Shown in pieces: positions 9,902 to 19,217 of a stretch of 64,000 nt of DNA (within the stretch, counting starts at the first letter, position 1; each line of letters opens with the position of its first letter). The stretch comes from Acidobacteriota bacterium (GTDB lineage: Bacteria > Acidobacteriota > Vicinamibacteria > Fen-336): the NCBI GenBank assembly GCA_003223555.1, contig QHVM01000023.1, forward strand, positions 1,912-65,911. The letters are read 5' to 3'. Made by a program: the position numbers and the translations under genes. The notes beneath the pieces were generated by a model. The model ran no database searches. It had not been told where the DNA came from and saw only the letters and a list, made by a program, of their open reading frames with translations.

Positions 9902-10846
9902 TCACCGCCGCTCCAGCCAAATCGAGGAGGGGAAATGATGGTGGGGATCGAAGCGCGCGTCGCGGAGGCCGTCGGTGAAGGAGGCCGGCACGTAATCCGG
10001 GAAGGCCTCCTTGAGCGCCTCGGGGCGCGCATGGTGGAGGTGGCTCAGGCAGAAGAGGATGCGCGTGCGGCGGTTCTCGATGAGGAACGCCTGGAGGAAG
10101 GCGGTCTCGTTCGAGTGGAAGAACGACTCGAGGGCGTTGGTCTGGTAGGTGTAGGGCATGTAGATGTCGTGGAAGTGGACGAGCACGCCGGGGCCCAGCC
10201 GGGGGAGCACCTCGAGGAGCAGGAACTCCGTGTCGCTCCCCGTCTTGACGACGTGGCTCGAATCGATGAACAAGATGTCCGCCGGCCCCAGGGTGGCGAA
10301 CTCGCCTGGGCCCACGCTCTGCACCGGAAGGTCCAACAGCTCCACCGCGGAGCCGCGGGCGGCCAGCTCCCGCAGCGGCCGGGACGGCGCAGGCTCGACG
10401 CAGGTGATGCGGCAGGCTCGTCCGCTCTCCCGCTGGTTCGCCTCCGCCGCCCGATGAGCGCAGAAGGTGGAGACACCGCTGCCGACCTCCAGGATCCGGG
10501 CCGGCTTGTAGTGACGGACCACCGCGTGCAGGGCCTGCGCCTCGACGAAGCCGAAGCCGGGGCCGTACCCGTCCCTGACGCCGCGCAGGTAGTTCCCGTT
10601 GTCCCGGTACTCCTCGCGCAAGGGCAGGCAGATGCGCCGCAGGTTCCGGACCTGCTCCTCGAGGTCGACCTCGATCCCGGCGAGCGCGGAAGGCCGCGCC
10701 CATCGCTCCCGGGTCCGGTCCAGCTCCAGGACGTCCGGCACGGGCGAGTAATAGTGGACGGGCAGGACGTGGACGCCGAGCCGCGCCGCCTGGCGGTGGA
10801 CGAGGAAGAACAGGCGCTTCAGCAGGTTCTTGACCGCTCGGCGCAT
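9902..10846 (-). CDS. class I SAM-dependent methyltransferase (TylF/MycF-like O-methyltransferase)
   Basis: ILEVGSGVSTFCA ... ILFIDSSHVV motifs; real protein begins at MRRAVKNLLKRL, preceded by ~250 aa of spurious Pro/Arg/Gly-rich ORF. Confidence 0.7.
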   Translation of the reverse strand: MRRAVKNLLKRLFFLVHRQAARLGVHVLPVHYYSPVPDVLELDRTRERWARPSALAGIEVDLEEQVRNLRRICLPLREEYRDNGNYLRGVRDGYGPGFGFVEAQALHAVVRHYKPARILEVGSGVSTFCAHRAAEANQRESGRACRITCVEPAPSRPLRELAARGSAVELLDLPVQSVGPGEFATLGPADILFIDSSHVVKTGSDTEFLLLEVLPRLGPGVLVHFHDIYMPYTYQTNALESFFHSNETAFLQAFLIENRRTRILFCLSHLHHARPEALKEAFPDYVPASFTDGLRDARFDPHHHFPSSIWLERR

Positions 10847-11682
10847 CAGATCGTGAGCCCCCGGGCCCGGCGGGCCGACTCCTTCATCTTGAGGGTGACC
10901 AGGTACTCGTATTGCGAGAGCAGGCGGCAGTAGGTCAGGCCCGGCCAGCCGTCGAGGAACCCGCGGCGCAGCACGTACATGTAGAGGAAGCGCAAGGTGG
11001 GGCGGCACGGCGCGCGCCAGGACAGCTCCTTCATCAGGCGCCGGCGCTTCACCGGGTCGCGGAACGCGAGGCCGTCGCGCCACGGGATGCCCCCCGTGGA
11101 GAGGGTCTTGAGGTTCTCCTCCGCCTCCATCTCGGCGTAACGGGCGTGCTTGTGCAGCCAGTCGCTCAGCCCCTTGTGGAAGCCATGGTGGGCCAGGTGG
11201 CCGCGCAGCTCGCCGGCCGGGCCCTCGAACTCGGGGTACTCGTGGACGGCGCGAGCGCCATAGCGGACCCGCTCGGGCCGGAAGAAGCGGAGGAACCAGG
11301 AGGGGTAGAGGCCCGCATGCCGGAGCCAGCGCCCCCAGAAGTACTCCTTCCGCCGCAGCCGGTAGACCCACGGCGGCCCCTCCCCCGCCCGGGCGATCGA
11401 CTCGATCTCGGGGACGAGGTCCGCCTCCACCGTCTCGTCGGCGTCCACCGCCAGCACCCAGCGGTGGCGGTACGCCACCCCGGTGCGCGCCGCCTCCCTT
11501 TGTTCGCCGTAACCCAGGAAGGCGTGCTGGTACACGCGGGCTCCCCCCGCGCGCGCCAGATCCACGGTGTGGTCTTTGCTGAAGGAGTCGAACACCACCA
11601 CGTCGTCGCTCCACCGCACCGACTCCAGGCAGCGCGGCAGGTTCTTCTCCTCGTCGCGGGTGAGGATGAGGACGGAGATCAC
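10846..11682 (-). CDS. family 2 glycosyltransferase (GT-A fold)
   Basis: VISVLILTRDEEKNLPRCLESV...DDVVVFDSFSKDHT; GTG start in a GTGA overlap with the upstream gene's stop. Confidence 0.65.
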   Translation of the reverse strand: MISVLILTRDEEKNLPRCLESVRWSDDVVVFDSFSKDHTVDLARAGGARVYQHAFLGYGEQREAARTGVAYRHRWVLAVDADETVEADLVPEIESIARAGEGPPWVYRLRRKEYFWGRWLRHAGLYPSWFLRFFRPERVRYGARAVHEYPEFEGPAGELRGHLAHHGFHKGLSDWLHKHARYAEMEAEENLKTLSTGGIPWRDGLAFRDPVKRRRLMKELSWRAPCRPTLRFLYMYVLRRGFLDGWPGLTYCRLLSQYEYLVTLKMKESARRARGLTI

Positions 11683-12221
11683 GAGCGGCGGATCTCCCGC
11701 TTCTTCAGGAAGCGGGCCGGGTTGCCCCCGACCACCGTCCACGGCTCGACGTCCTTCACCACGCAGGCGCGGGCGGCGACGACGGCGCCCTCCCCGACGA
11801 CCACCCCGGGGCCGACGAAGACGTCGGCCGCGATCCACGCGCTCGCCCCGATGGTGATGGGGGCCTTGACGAGGGGCAGGCTCGCCCGCCGGTGATCGTG
11901 GGAGGCGGCGCACAGCCAGGTGTACTGGCTCACCAGGGCATGGGACCCGAGCTTGATCCGGTCCGCGGAGTAACACTCCACGTCACGACCGAGGCAGGCG
12001 TACTCCCCCATCTCCAGGTTCCAGGGGGCCCAGATCCGCACCGAGGGGTAGACGTAGGCGCCCTTGGCGATGCGGGCCCCGAATAGCCGCAGCCACAGGC
12101 GACGCCAGCCCCACAGGGGCCGCGGACTGAAGCGGCAGAAGAGCCACCAGGCCACGCTCCAGAACAGACGGCCGGCGCGGTTGCCGAGGGTGTGCGGGCT
12201 CGGGCAGTCGGTGAGGTCCAT
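11679..12221 (-). CDS. WcaF-like hexapeptide-repeat sugar O-acetyltransferase
   Basis: MDLTDCPSP...RLFWSVAWWLF...WRRLWLRLFGARIAKGAYVYPSVRIWAPWNLEMG...LCAASHD matches the colanic-acid acetyltransferase WcaF family throughout. Confidence 0.75.
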   Translation of the reverse strand: MDLTDCPSPHTLGNRAGRLFWSVAWWLFCRFSPRPLWGWRRLWLRLFGARIAKGAYVYPSVRIWAPWNLEMGEYACLGRDVECYSADRIKLGSHALVSQYTWLCAASHDHRRASLPLVKAPITIGASAWIAADVFVGPGVVVGEGAVVAARACVVKDVEPWTVVGGNPARFLKKREIRRS

Positions 12222-12238
12222 CCCCTCCCGGGGCTCGG

Positions 12239-13090
12239 TCACGGTCGCACCCGGCAGTAGACCTCGAACTCCGTGCCCAGCCCCGCGAGATCCATGGCGC
12301 GTGCGGGAGCCCAGGCCAGCGGGGCGAAGACGCGCGCCGCCGCGCGCGCCCAGGAGGATTCCCCCGCGACGTACTTGCGGAAGCCGCGGGCGAGCTGCTC
12401 CATCCCCAGGCCGGAGAAGCTCGTCCACGCGGTCACGGGGAGGTCCGCCCGCCGGAGCAGGCTCCACAGGCCGGGCTTGCTGAAGAGGGTCAGGTGCTGG
12501 GGCGGGTTGATCATCGGGAAGCGCCGGCCCAGGACGCGGGCGGGCACGCCGCTGAGGCTGGGGGTCGAGAAGGCCACGACGCCCTGCGGCCGCACGAAGG
12601 CCTGCATGCGGACGAGCTCGGGTCCCGGCTCGGGAAGGTGCTCGAGCACTTCCCAGAGCACGACCGCATCGTAGCGAACCGGGGGAACAGGCATCTGCTG
12701 GATCCAGCACCGGTGGACCCGATGGCCCTTCGCCTCGGCGACCGCGGCCGCCGGGCCCGGTTCCACGCCCTCGGCCTCGAGCCCCTGCTCCCGGAGCGCG
12801 TCGAGGAACTCGCCGGCCCCGCAGCCCACCTCCAGGATCCGCCGCGCCCCCAGGCCGGCCAGCGTCCGGGCCCGATGGCGGGCCCGGCGGACGGGGAGCT
12901 CTCCGAGAAGCTCGTCCGGGCCGGCGTCCGGCTCGAGAGCATACATCCCGGCCAGCAGCGCTTCGTCGGGCTTCGGATCGACGAAGAGCGTCCGGCAGTC
13001 TGGGCAGCGGACCATCCAGAAGCCGTCGACGTCGAAGGCCCTCCGGCCGCGGCGGCCTTGGCAGGCCGGGCAGGCGCGGCACTCGGTCAC
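12239..13090 (-). CDS. class I SAM-dependent methyltransferase with N-terminal zinc ribbon
   Basis: CRACPAC...VRCPDCRTLF zinc ribbon, then ILEVGCGAGEF...VVLWEVLEHL; GTG start in a GTGA overlap. Confidence 0.7.
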   Translation of the reverse strand: MTECRACPACQGRRGRRAFDVDGFWMVRCPDCRTLFVDPKPDEALLAGMYALEPDAGPDELLGELPVRRARHRARTLAGLGARRILEVGCGAGEFLDALREQGLEAEGVEPGPAAAVAEAKGHRVHRCWIQQMPVPPVRYDAVVLWEVLEHLPEPGPELVRMQAFVRPQGVVAFSTPSLSGVPARVLGRRFPMINPPQHLTLFSKPGLWSLLRRADLPVTAWTSFSGLGMEQLARGFRKYVAGESSWARAAARVFAPLAWAPARAMDLAGLGTEFEVYCRVRP

Positions 13091-14262
13091 GGGGCTCCTC
13101 CCCCGACCAGCCCGCGGTAGGCGGCGGCCAGCTCGCCCGCCGCTCGCTCCCAGGAGAAACGGCTGGCCAGGCGCGCGCACCCGGCCGCATAGGCCTCCCG
13201 CGGGACGGCCAGGACCTCGCCGATCCGGGCGGCCACGGAGCGCGTGTCGAGCCCGGCCACCGCGCCGGCGCCGGCCGCCTCCACTTCGGAATGGAGCGCC
13301 ACGCCGCGGGAGACCACCACCGGCGTCCCCGCCGCCGCCGCCTCGAGCACGACGACGCCGAAGTTCTCATCGAAGGATGGAAGCGCGAGGCAGCGCGCCC
13401 CGGCGAGGAGGCGTCCCTTCGTTTCTCCCGTCACGAGCCCCGTGAAGTGCACCGCATCGGCGATGCCGAAGCGCCGGGCCGCTTCGACCAGCGGCTGCTG
13501 CATGCCTTCGTCGGGGCCCGCGAGGACAAGCTGCAGGCCGGGGCGGTCGCGCACGAGCTCGGCGAAGGCGGAGAGGAGCAGGTCGAGGCCCTTCTTGCGG
13601 TGCAGACGCCCGAGGAAGAGAACGTAGAGCCGGGGAGGCTCGAACCTCCGCGCCGGGGCATCGTCGACGTGGTTCGACCGCGCTCCGGAGGGCTCCTCCG
13701 CCTCGACGCCAAGCGGGATCACCCGCGTCCGGGCGCGCGGCTGGATGCGCCGGACGTCCTCGGCCTCGGCCTCCGAGGTGCAGTGGACGAAGGCGGCCGA
13801 GCGCAGCAGCCGCCTCACGATCAGGAGGAAGGGCCGCTTCAACGAGGATCCCTGGGCGAGACACCACGGGGCGAAGACGCCGCACGGCCGCATCACGTAG
13901 GGACGCTCGAGCACCAGACGCGCGGCATCGCTGGTGGCCGTGACGAAGGTGAAGATGCCGTGGCTGTGGACGACGTCGAACTCGTCACGCCGGCGCCACA
14001 CCGCGGCGGTCAGCTCGGGAGCGACCAGGCGGCGCCGGAGCGGCGCCAGGGCCGGCGCGCGGAAGTAGGTCACGCGCACTCCCGCCTCCTCGACCATGTG
14101 GGTCGGCCCGGAGCCGTCGGTCTCGGCGTCGCCGACGGTGAAGACCGACACCTCGAAGCCGGGCTGGCGGGCCAGGGCCCGGGCCAGGGGCAGCATGGAC
14201 ACCGAGGGCCCGCCGAACCGGTGCTGTAGCGAGGCCAGGACGTGGAGGATGCGGACCGTCAC
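13087..14262 (-). CDS. GT4 family glycosyltransferase
   Basis: VRILHVLASL... ; LFLGRLHRKKGLDLL...ALPSFDENFGVVVLEAAAAGTPVV (Glycos_transf_1); GTG start in a GTGA overlap with the asnB stop; ~490 aa of upstream ORF is Pro/Arg/Gly junk. Confidence 0.75.
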   Translation of the reverse strand: MTVRILHVLASLQHRFGGPSVSMLPLARALARQPGFEVSVFTVGDAETDGSGPTHMVEEAGVRVTYFRAPALAPLRRRLVAPELTAAVWRRRDEFDVVHSHGIFTFVTATSDAARLVLERPYVMRPCGVFAPWCLAQGSSLKRPFLLIVRRLLRSAAFVHCTSEAEAEDVRRIQPRARTRVIPLGVEAEEPSGARSNHVDDAPARRFEPPRLYVLFLGRLHRKKGLDLLLSAFAELVRDRPGLQLVLAGPDEGMQQPLVEAARRFGIADAVHFTGLVTGETKGRLLAGARCLALPSFDENFGVVVLEAAAAGTPVVVSRGVALHSEVEAAGAGAVAGLDTRSVAARIGEVLAVPREAYAAGCARLASRFSWERAAGELAAAYRGLVGGGAP

Positions 14263-16133
14263 CGCACGTCTCCCAGAAGCCGCTCCAGGACGATCAGCGA
14301 CCAGGCCCGCGACCAGTGCACCCGCCCCGAGGCGACGCCATCGAAGATGCGCGCGACCGCCGCGGTGGCGCCGGCCGAAAGCAGCCACCCCGGCAATTCG
14401 AGAGCGCGCCCGCGCTCGTGATCGCTCCCCACCCATCGCTGCAGCGGAAGAGTGAAGCCGGTCTTTCTCCGGTGGAGGAGGTGCGGCGGCAGCGCCGGGC
14501 GGGGCGCCCGGCCCAACGGGAGCTTGCCCAGTCGGCCGCGCCACGCCGCCAGCACGGGACCGAGGCTCTCGGTCAGGTGCGCGCTCACGAGAGGGACCCG
14601 GACCTCGAGCGAGTGCGCCATGGAGGCCCAGTCCGCGTCGCGCAGGAGCTGGTTGCGCATGTACAGGCTCTGCTCGGCGGTGGCCACCTCCGCCCACGGT
14701 CCGGCCGGACGCGGCTGGAGGGCTTCGGTCACCGGCCGGTCGATGACCGCCTCGACCCGTCCCGCCTGCCAGAGGTCGGGAGACAGTAACTGCCGGATCT
14801 CGCGGGGAGTGAACAGGCCGCGCAGCAGATGGTAAGTGGTCGCCGGCCGGGCGACGGCACGGCCCAGGTAGCGGATCTTCTCCCGCCGGCGCTTCATGAT
14901 CCGCCCCAGGCCCGCCAAGGCGAGGTCGGCCCCGGGCAGCCGGCCCAGGAAACCCACCCGTCGCAGCCGCGGGTAGGACCGGTAGGAGGGATAGGTGCCG
15001 AACAGCTCGTCGCCCCCCAGACCCGAGAGGGCGACCTTCAGCCCCGCCTGCTTCACCGCCCACGAGACCCAGTACACGTTGAGGCCGTCGACACTCGGCT
15101 GATCCATCGCCGACAGGAAGCAGTCCATGGCCGAGCGGACATCGTCCCAGGACACCGTCAGGGTGGTGTGGCGGGTTCCGAAATGACGCGCGACCTCCTC
15201 GGCGTCGGGCGCCTCGTCCTCCGCTCGGCCGCGGAACTCCCCGAAGCCCAGCGTCACCGTGCGGATCGGCTCGGGATGGGCCCGCGACGCGAGCCCGACG
15301 AGGACCGCCGAGTCGAGCCCTCCCGAGAGGAACGCTCCGACCGGCACGTCGGCCACAAGGTGCAGGCGCACGCTGTCGCGGACCTGGGCTTCCACCTGCC
15401 GGTCCACCTCGCTCGGCGGCAGCGGTTCCGCCCGGGTCGCGTAGACCTCGGCCACGGACCAATAGCGCCGGGGCGACCCGACCTCGCCCTCCTTCACCTG
15501 CAGCGTGCAGCCGGCGGGAAGGGATCGGACGCGCCGGAAGAGCGTGGCCGGCTCGGGGACGCTGCCCCAGGCGAGAAAGCCGAGCACCCCTTCCGGATCG
15601 ACGTCGCGCGACACCCGGCCCCCGCGCACGAGGGCCCGCACCGAGGAGGCGAAGCGAAAGGTCCCGCCCTCGTCGCAGTAGTAGAGAGGCTTGATGCCGT
15701 GAGGGTCCCGGGCCAGGGTGAGGACGCAGCTCTCGCGGTCCCACAGGGCGAAGGCGAACATTCCCCGGAGCCTTCGCATGCCGTCGACCCCTTCCGTCCG
15801 GTAGAGCTGGAGGAGAACCTCGGTGTCGCTCTCGGTGCGGAAGCCGGCATTCGGGCGCAGCTCCTCCCGCAACTGCCGATAGTTGTAGATCTCGCCGTTG
15901 AAGACGATCACGGCGTCTCCCCCCTCGCTCGTCATGGGCTGGGCGGCCGCCTCGCTCAGGTCGATGATCGACAAGCGGCGGTGGCCGAGGAGCAGCCGCC
16001 CTTCGGGATCACGGTAGAGGCCGTGACCATCGGGACCCCGGGCCGTCATGGCGTCGCGCACGGCGACGCACTCTTCCGGGTCGGGGAGCGGGGCCCCGGG
16101 AGCGAAGGCGTAGATGCCGTTGATGGCGCACAT
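14259..16133 (-). CDS. asnB: asparagine synthase (glutamine-hydrolysing) family amidotransferase
   Basis: MCAINGIYAF (N-terminal Cys nucleophile) ... SGGLDSAVLV (PP-loop) ... full-length AsnB architecture. Confidence 0.85.
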   Translation of the reverse strand: MCAINGIYAFAPGAPLPDPEECVAVRDAMTARGPDGHGLYRDPEGRLLLGHRRLSIIDLSEAAAQPMTSEGGDAVIVFNGEIYNYRQLREELRPNAGFRTESDTEVLLQLYRTEGVDGMRRLRGMFAFALWDRESCVLTLARDPHGIKPLYYCDEGGTFRFASSVRALVRGGRVSRDVDPEGVLGFLAWGSVPEPATLFRRVRSLPAGCTLQVKEGEVGSPRRYWSVAEVYATRAEPLPPSEVDRQVEAQVRDSVRLHLVADVPVGAFLSGGLDSAVLVGLASRAHPEPIRTVTLGFGEFRGRAEDEAPDAEEVARHFGTRHTTLTVSWDDVRSAMDCFLSAMDQPSVDGLNVYWVSWAVKQAGLKVALSGLGGDELFGTYPSYRSYPRLRRVGFLGRLPGADLALAGLGRIMKRRREKIRYLGRAVARPATTYHLLRGLFTPREIRQLLSPDLWQAGRVEAVIDRPVTEALQPRPAGPWAEVATAEQSLYMRNQLLRDADWASMAHSLEVRVPLVSAHLTESLGPVLAAWRGRLGKLPLGRAPRPALPPHLLHRRKTGFTLPLQRWVGSDHERGRALELPGWLLSAGATAAVARIFDGVASGRVHWSRAWSLIVLERLLGDVR

Positions 16134-16138
16134 CCGGA

Positions 16139-18118
16139 TCAGTTGGTTCTTCGCAAGCCGCGGGAGCCGTCGCGGCGGGCCGGGATGACGACGAGCTGGT
16201 CCCACGATTCCAGGGCCGCGGCCAGGGTCCAACCGCCCTCCTGTACGAGCCGCTGTCCGCGCCACCCCATCAGGGGAAGGTTGCGCTGCAGGGACAGGGT
16301 CCGCTCGAGCGCTTCGGCGACGGCTGGCGGCGACGCGTCCCGCAGCACGAACCCGGTGACGCCGTCCTGGACCAGGTCGGCGGCCGCTCCCACCCAGGCC
16401 GGAGCGATGACGGGACGCCGCGACGAGAGCGCCTCGTTGATCACCAGCCCCCATGGCTCCCGGCGCGACGGTACCGCCACGACGTCGGCGGCTGCGTAGA
16501 GCGCCGGGGTCTGGTCGCTGGGCCGCTCGCCGAGGAATCTCGTGCTCGAGCCGATGCCGAGCCTCGCCGCCCGCCGCTCCAGTCCAGGCCGGCCGGCGCC
16601 CTCTCCCACGATCAGGCAGCGCATGCGAGCCCGAAGGGGCGGAGCGAGCAGGGCCAGGCCCTCGAGGAGCAGGTCCACGCCTTTGGACTCCACGAGCCGA
16701 CCGACGTAGAGGACGACCAGATCGGCGTTGCCGGCCAGCTCCCGGCGCGCGGTCTCGCGCAGGCTCTCTGCCCGCCAGAAGGGCTCGGGGTCGTGGGGGT
16801 ACGGCAAGCGCAGCAGCGGCGGGAGGCTCTGCCGGCCGCAGCACCACTCGTAGAACCTCCGGTTCTGCGTTCCGACATAGAGCAGACGCGTCATGCCCCG
16901 CAGGTAGGGTCGCATCGTAGCCCGCACGAGCCAGCGCCGCAGCCTTCCCCCCCGCTGGACGTCCTCCATGTTCATGTCGGACCAGTAGCAGACGCTTCGG
17001 CCGGTGACCCGCGCCCACAGGCAGGCCACGAGAACCGGGCGAGGGAAGTGGCCGGCGGCGATCAGCGTCGCCGGGTCGGCCCGGCGCAGCGCGCGCAAGA
17101 GCTCCGTGGTCTGGCGCACGGCGCCGGCGGCGGAGAGGACGAGGCTGCGCCGCGGCAGGTCTCCCACCTCGTAACGGCGCGCGACACGCTCGACCGCGCT
17201 GGGGGGCGTATAGAAGAAGGCGACGGCGGGCCCGTGCTTCTGCTCGATCCGGCGGTGCAGCGCCTTCATGTAGTGTGACGGATGGCCGCCCACCCAGGCC
17301 GCCGCCACGGGCCCCGGCTGTCTCGCCTCCTCGTCGCGTCGCCGCCGACCAACGAGCCTCACGACCCGCCAGACCGGGAAGCGCACGAGGCGGTCGAAGG
17401 CCGAAGGCTCGCGCCCGACGATCTTCCGGAAGATCCGCCGCACGTCGCCCGGATAGATCTTCTCGAGCCGGCCGCTCCCCGAGATGGAGCCGGGATGGAG
17501 GCGGAAGGCCCCCAGGGCCTCGGGCAGATGGCGGAAGCGCGCTCCGGAGAGGGCCATCTCCGCGAGCAGCTCGCCGTCCCAGCAGGTCCGGTTCTCCTCG
17601 CGGAAGCCGCCCGCCCGCTCGAAGGCGGAGCGGCGGAAGAAGGTCGCCTGCTGGAACACGAGGCAGGCTCCGAAGGCGAAGCGGCGCAGGCTCCAGGGGT
17701 CGCTGAAGATCGGACGGATGACGCGCTCGGTGGCGTCGACGAGGATGCCGTCGCCGTAGACGACGTCGACGGCGGGATCGCCGGCGAAGACCTCCATCAC
17801 CCGGGCTACCGCCCCCGGGAGCAGGAAGTCGTCCGCGTTGACGTAGCCGCAGATCTCACCGCTCGTCCGGGCGAAGCCCTGGTTGAGGGCCGCCGCGGGG
17901 CCGCCGTCGGGACCGGAGGACCAGCGATGAAGGCGGCTTTCGTGCCTCCGGATGACGCCGAGGGTCTCGTCCGTCGAGCCGCCGTCCACGATGACGTACT
18001 CGATGCGCGGATAGTCCTGGTCGAGGACGCTGCGCAGCGCGCGCTCGAGGAAGGCGCCCTGGTTCAGGCAGGCGGTCACGATGGAGACGGTCGGTCGGGG
18101 CGGGCCGGGCACTGACAT
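16139..18118 (-). CDS. bifunctional GT2 (N-terminal) - GT4 (C-terminal) glycosyltransferase fusion
   Basis: VSIVTACLNQGAFLERALRSVLDQDYP...EYVIVDGGSTD (GT2), then LYVGRLVESKGVDLLLE...VPSRREPWGLVINEAL (GT4). Confidence 0.75.
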   Translation of the reverse strand: MSVPGPPRPTVSIVTACLNQGAFLERALRSVLDQDYPRIEYVIVDGGSTDETLGVIRRHESRLHRWSSGPDGGPAAALNQGFARTSGEICGYVNADDFLLPGAVARVMEVFAGDPAVDVVYGDGILVDATERVIRPIFSDPWSLRRFAFGACLVFQQATFFRRSAFERAGGFREENRTCWDGELLAEMALSGARFRHLPEALGAFRLHPGSISGSGRLEKIYPGDVRRIFRKIVGREPSAFDRLVRFPVWRVVRLVGRRRRDEEARQPGPVAAAWVGGHPSHYMKALHRRIEQKHGPAVAFFYTPPSAVERVARRYEVGDLPRRSLVLSAAGAVRQTTELLRALRRADPATLIAAGHFPRPVLVACLWARVTGRSVCYWSDMNMEDVQRGGRLRRWLVRATMRPYLRGMTRLLYVGTQNRRFYEWCCGRQSLPPLLRLPYPHDPEPFWRAESLRETARRELAGNADLVVLYVGRLVESKGVDLLLEGLALLAPPLRARMRCLIVGEGAGRPGLERRAARLGIGSSTRFLGERPSDQTPALYAAADVVAVPSRREPWGLVINEALSSRRPVIAPAWVGAAADLVQDGVTGFVLRDASPPAVAEALERTLSLQRNLPLMGWRGQRLVQEGGWTLAAALESWDQLVVIPARRDGSRGLRRTN

Positions 18119-18134
18119 CGCGGTCCTGCGTGCC

Positions 18135-19217
18135 TCAGCGATGGATGAAGCTCAGCGCGATCTTCACGACCGTGTCGCTGACGTTCTCGACCAGGTACTC
18201 GCGGGGGGGCGACCATGCTCCGCGCAGGGCCAGCGCCGTCTGCAGGCAGCGAAGCACCGTCTCGGGCTCGGCGCCGCTGAGGATGTTGCTGCCGCACTCG
18301 ATGGTCTCCGGCCGCTCCGTCACGTCGCGCAGGGTGACCGTCGGTATGCCGAAGATCGCGCACTCCTCCTGCACGGTGCCGCTGTCGGTGAGCACGGCCA
18401 GGGCGTTGCGCTCCAGGGTCACGAAGTCGAAGAACCCGAAGGGAGGCGCGTAGCGCACCGTGTCCGAGCCCGCGGCCAGCCCCAGGGCCGCCATCTGGTC
18501 GCGGGTGTGGGGATGGGTGCTGACGATGACGGGGGCCCCGAGCTCGCCGGGCAGCCGGCCGAGGACGTGGTGGAACGCGCGCAGGCGCTCCGGCACGTCC
18601 ACGTTCTCCGCCCGATGCAAGGTGACCAGGAAGTAACGGCCCTTCTCGAGCCCGAGCTGCGCGAGCGCGGTCGAGCCGTCGATGCGGGTCTGGTAGCGGC
18701 GGATCACCTCGAGGATGGGGTTCCCGGTCACGTAGACCCGCTCCCCGGCGAACCCCTCGCGCAGCAGGTTCTGGCGGCTTCGCTCCGTGTAGGGCATGAG
18801 CACGTCGCTGCACGAATCGATCATGCGCCGGTTGATCTCCTCCGGCACGCGGTCGTCGTAGCACCGGTTGCCCGCCTCCATGTGGAGCACCGGGATGCCC
18901 ATCCGCTTGGCCATGATCGCGGCCAGGCCGCTGTTGGTGTCGCCCAGCACCAGGAAGCGGTCCGGGCGCTCGGCCCGGAGGACCCGCTCCGCCTCGGGCA
19001 GGATGCGGCCGATCTGCTCTCCGAAGCTGCCCCGCGCTCCCAGGTGATGGTCGGGTGGGCGCAGCCCCAGGTCGCGGAAGAAGACGTCGCTCAGGCCGGG
19101 GTCGTAGTTCTGCCCCGTGTGGACGAGGACGTGCCGGCAACGGCCATCGAGCTTCCCGATGATGACGCTGAGGCGGATCAGCTCGGGCCGGGTGCCGAGG
19201 AGGGTCAGGACCTTCAA
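18135..19217 (-). CDS. wecB: UDP-N-acetylglucosamine 2-epimerase (non-hydrolysing) family (WecB/WbvD-like)
   Basis: KVLTLLGTRPELIRL...HTGQNYD...LVLGDTNS...HMEAGNR... full-length; TTG start in a TTGA overlap. Confidence 0.85.
   Translation of the reverse strand: MKVLTLLGTRPELIRLSVIIGKLDGRCRHVLVHTGQNYDPGLSDVFFRDLGLRPPDHHLGARGSFGEQIGRILPEAERVLRAERPDRFLVLGDTNSGLAAIMAKRMGIPVLHMEAGNRCYDDRVPEEINRRMIDSCSDVLMPYTERSRQNLLREGFAGERVYVTGNPILEVIRRYQTRIDGSTALAQLGLEKGRYFLVTLHRAENVDVPERLRAFHHVLGRLPGELGAPVIVSTHPHTRDQMAALGLAAGSDTVRYAPPFGFFDFVTLERNALAVLTDSGTVQEECAIFGIPTVTLRDVTERPETIECGSNILSGAEPETVLRCLQTALALRGAWSPPREYLVENVSDTVVKIALSFIHR

Noticed and set aside
9902-11614. N-terminal extensions of supplied ORFs, e.g. 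the first ~250 aa of 9902-11614, the first ~490 aa of 13087-15744, ~290 aa of 14259-17018, ~525 aa of 25124-27361 and ~155 aa of 30602-32629.
   Set aside because: The extensions are compositionally junk and overlap upstream genes. Conserved N-termini (Cys1 of AsnB, Rossmann GxGxxG, GT2 DXD context) begin at internal starts that coincide with NTGA junctions.
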